Shown here: positions 45,813 through 46,453 of the stretch, in pieces
How the letters are laid out: the number at the start of each line of letters is the position of its first letter
Numbering within the stretch: the first letter of the stretch is position 1
Origin: an uncultured Gammaproteobacteria bacterium
GTDB lineage: Bacteria > Patescibacteriota > Patescibacteriia > UBA1544
DNA: 46,453 bases
Assembly: GCA_964652585.1 (NCBI GenBank)
Contig: CAZZDA010000003.1
Location: 1-46,453, forward strand
Reading direction: 5' to 3'
The notes under the pieces: generated by a model
Database searches by the model: none
What the model saw: only the letters and a program-made list of their open reading frames with translations
What the model was told of the DNA's origin: nothing
Made by a program: the position numbers and the translations under genes

Positions 45813-46388
45813 TTATTCTTTTTTCTCATCTGGAAACTCAGACGGGAATTCGTACATAAATATAAGTAGTGCTTCAATAAATTTTATAATTTTCCCCGCT
45901 TCATCCTTTGTTCCGATCTTTATTTCGTGATTTTTTTCATTACCTAGATCTTTAATATATTTTAAAATTTTGTCCCCGTTGGGTGGGATGTAACCAGATT
46001 TCTTCAAATATTCAACATATTGAACAAATTTTTCACCCTCTTTTGCCCCAGCAACACTAACTGCTAAATGCATCATCAGTTTTCTTCCGAGCAAAGAAAC
46101 GGCCGTAAAAGATGAATTTTTATTAGCATCTTTTAATTCTTTGTAAATTTCTGCTATGTCAGTAGGTAATTTTTCAATAGTTCGTCCCAAAAGTGGTCCA
46201 GGATATTGTTTATGGTCATAAAATAATGTGGGCATTCCACAAAATGTGCAAATATAAATTTTTGTAGTTGAATTTGAATTATTAAAATATCCAGTGTGTG
46301 ATCCTACATTTCTACCACAATAACCACAGATGAAATCTTGTGGATCTATGTTATGTGCATTTTGCCATCTTTGCCAATTAACTTTCAT
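45813..46388 (-). CDS. DUF4145 (HEPN-like) protein with N-terminal Zn ribbon
   Basis: CGYC..CTFC, LPTDI..Y.E, GRKLM, IKDLGNEKNH. Confidence 0.8.
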   Translation of the reverse strand: MKVNWQRWQNAHNIDPQDFICGYCGRNVGSHTGYFNNSNSTTKIYICTFCGMPTLFYDHKQYPGPLLGRTIEKLPTDIAEIYKELKDANKNSSFTAVSLLGRKLMMHLAVSVAGAKEGEKFVQYVEYLKKSGYIPPNGDKILKYIKDLGNEKNHEIKIGTKDEAGKIIKFIEALLIFMYEFPSEFPDEKKE

Positions 46389-46453
46389 ATTTTTTTATTT
46401 ACTTACTTTCTAGAATCTAACGCAACAGCGTTATTCATAAGTTGATTAAATAC

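Noticed and set aside
1-46453. Alternative genetic code 25 (TGA=Gly)
   Set aside because: Long genes translate intact in code 11 and several end at TGA

Overview
This is a 46.5-kb bacterial chromosome segment using standard code 11. Gene content and intergenic style point to Patescibacteria/CPR (inference): VirB2/TrbC-like pilin arrays, a GalT-GlgA-GH57-PGI/PMI cluster, many GT-C enzymes, heptamer repeats, and housekeeping genes without Shine-Dalgarno sites. From left to right it contains: a frameshifted Mutator/IS256-type transposase missed by the ORF track (minus strand, running off the left edge); a RodZ-like gene; ppsA; an unannotated non-coding locus (4811-5092) that appears to encode a small terminated RNA antisense to a downstream tRNA-like RNA; a minus-strand run yebC-ruvC-glgA-GH57(+UVR)-kinase-PHP-glgA-galT; a 14-kb plus-strand surface glycosylation cluster; five VirB2-like pilin genes with dRS3-like repeats; an orphan sugar-binding protein and galU; accessory secreted-protein genes with boxA-like leaders; a MITE; small VOC/YjbQ genes; and an AT-rich putative defence island (DUF4145, beta-class MTase, MutH/Sau3AI nuclease, Zn-finger plus membrane protein). 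All product calls come from motif recognition by eye; no database searches were run.
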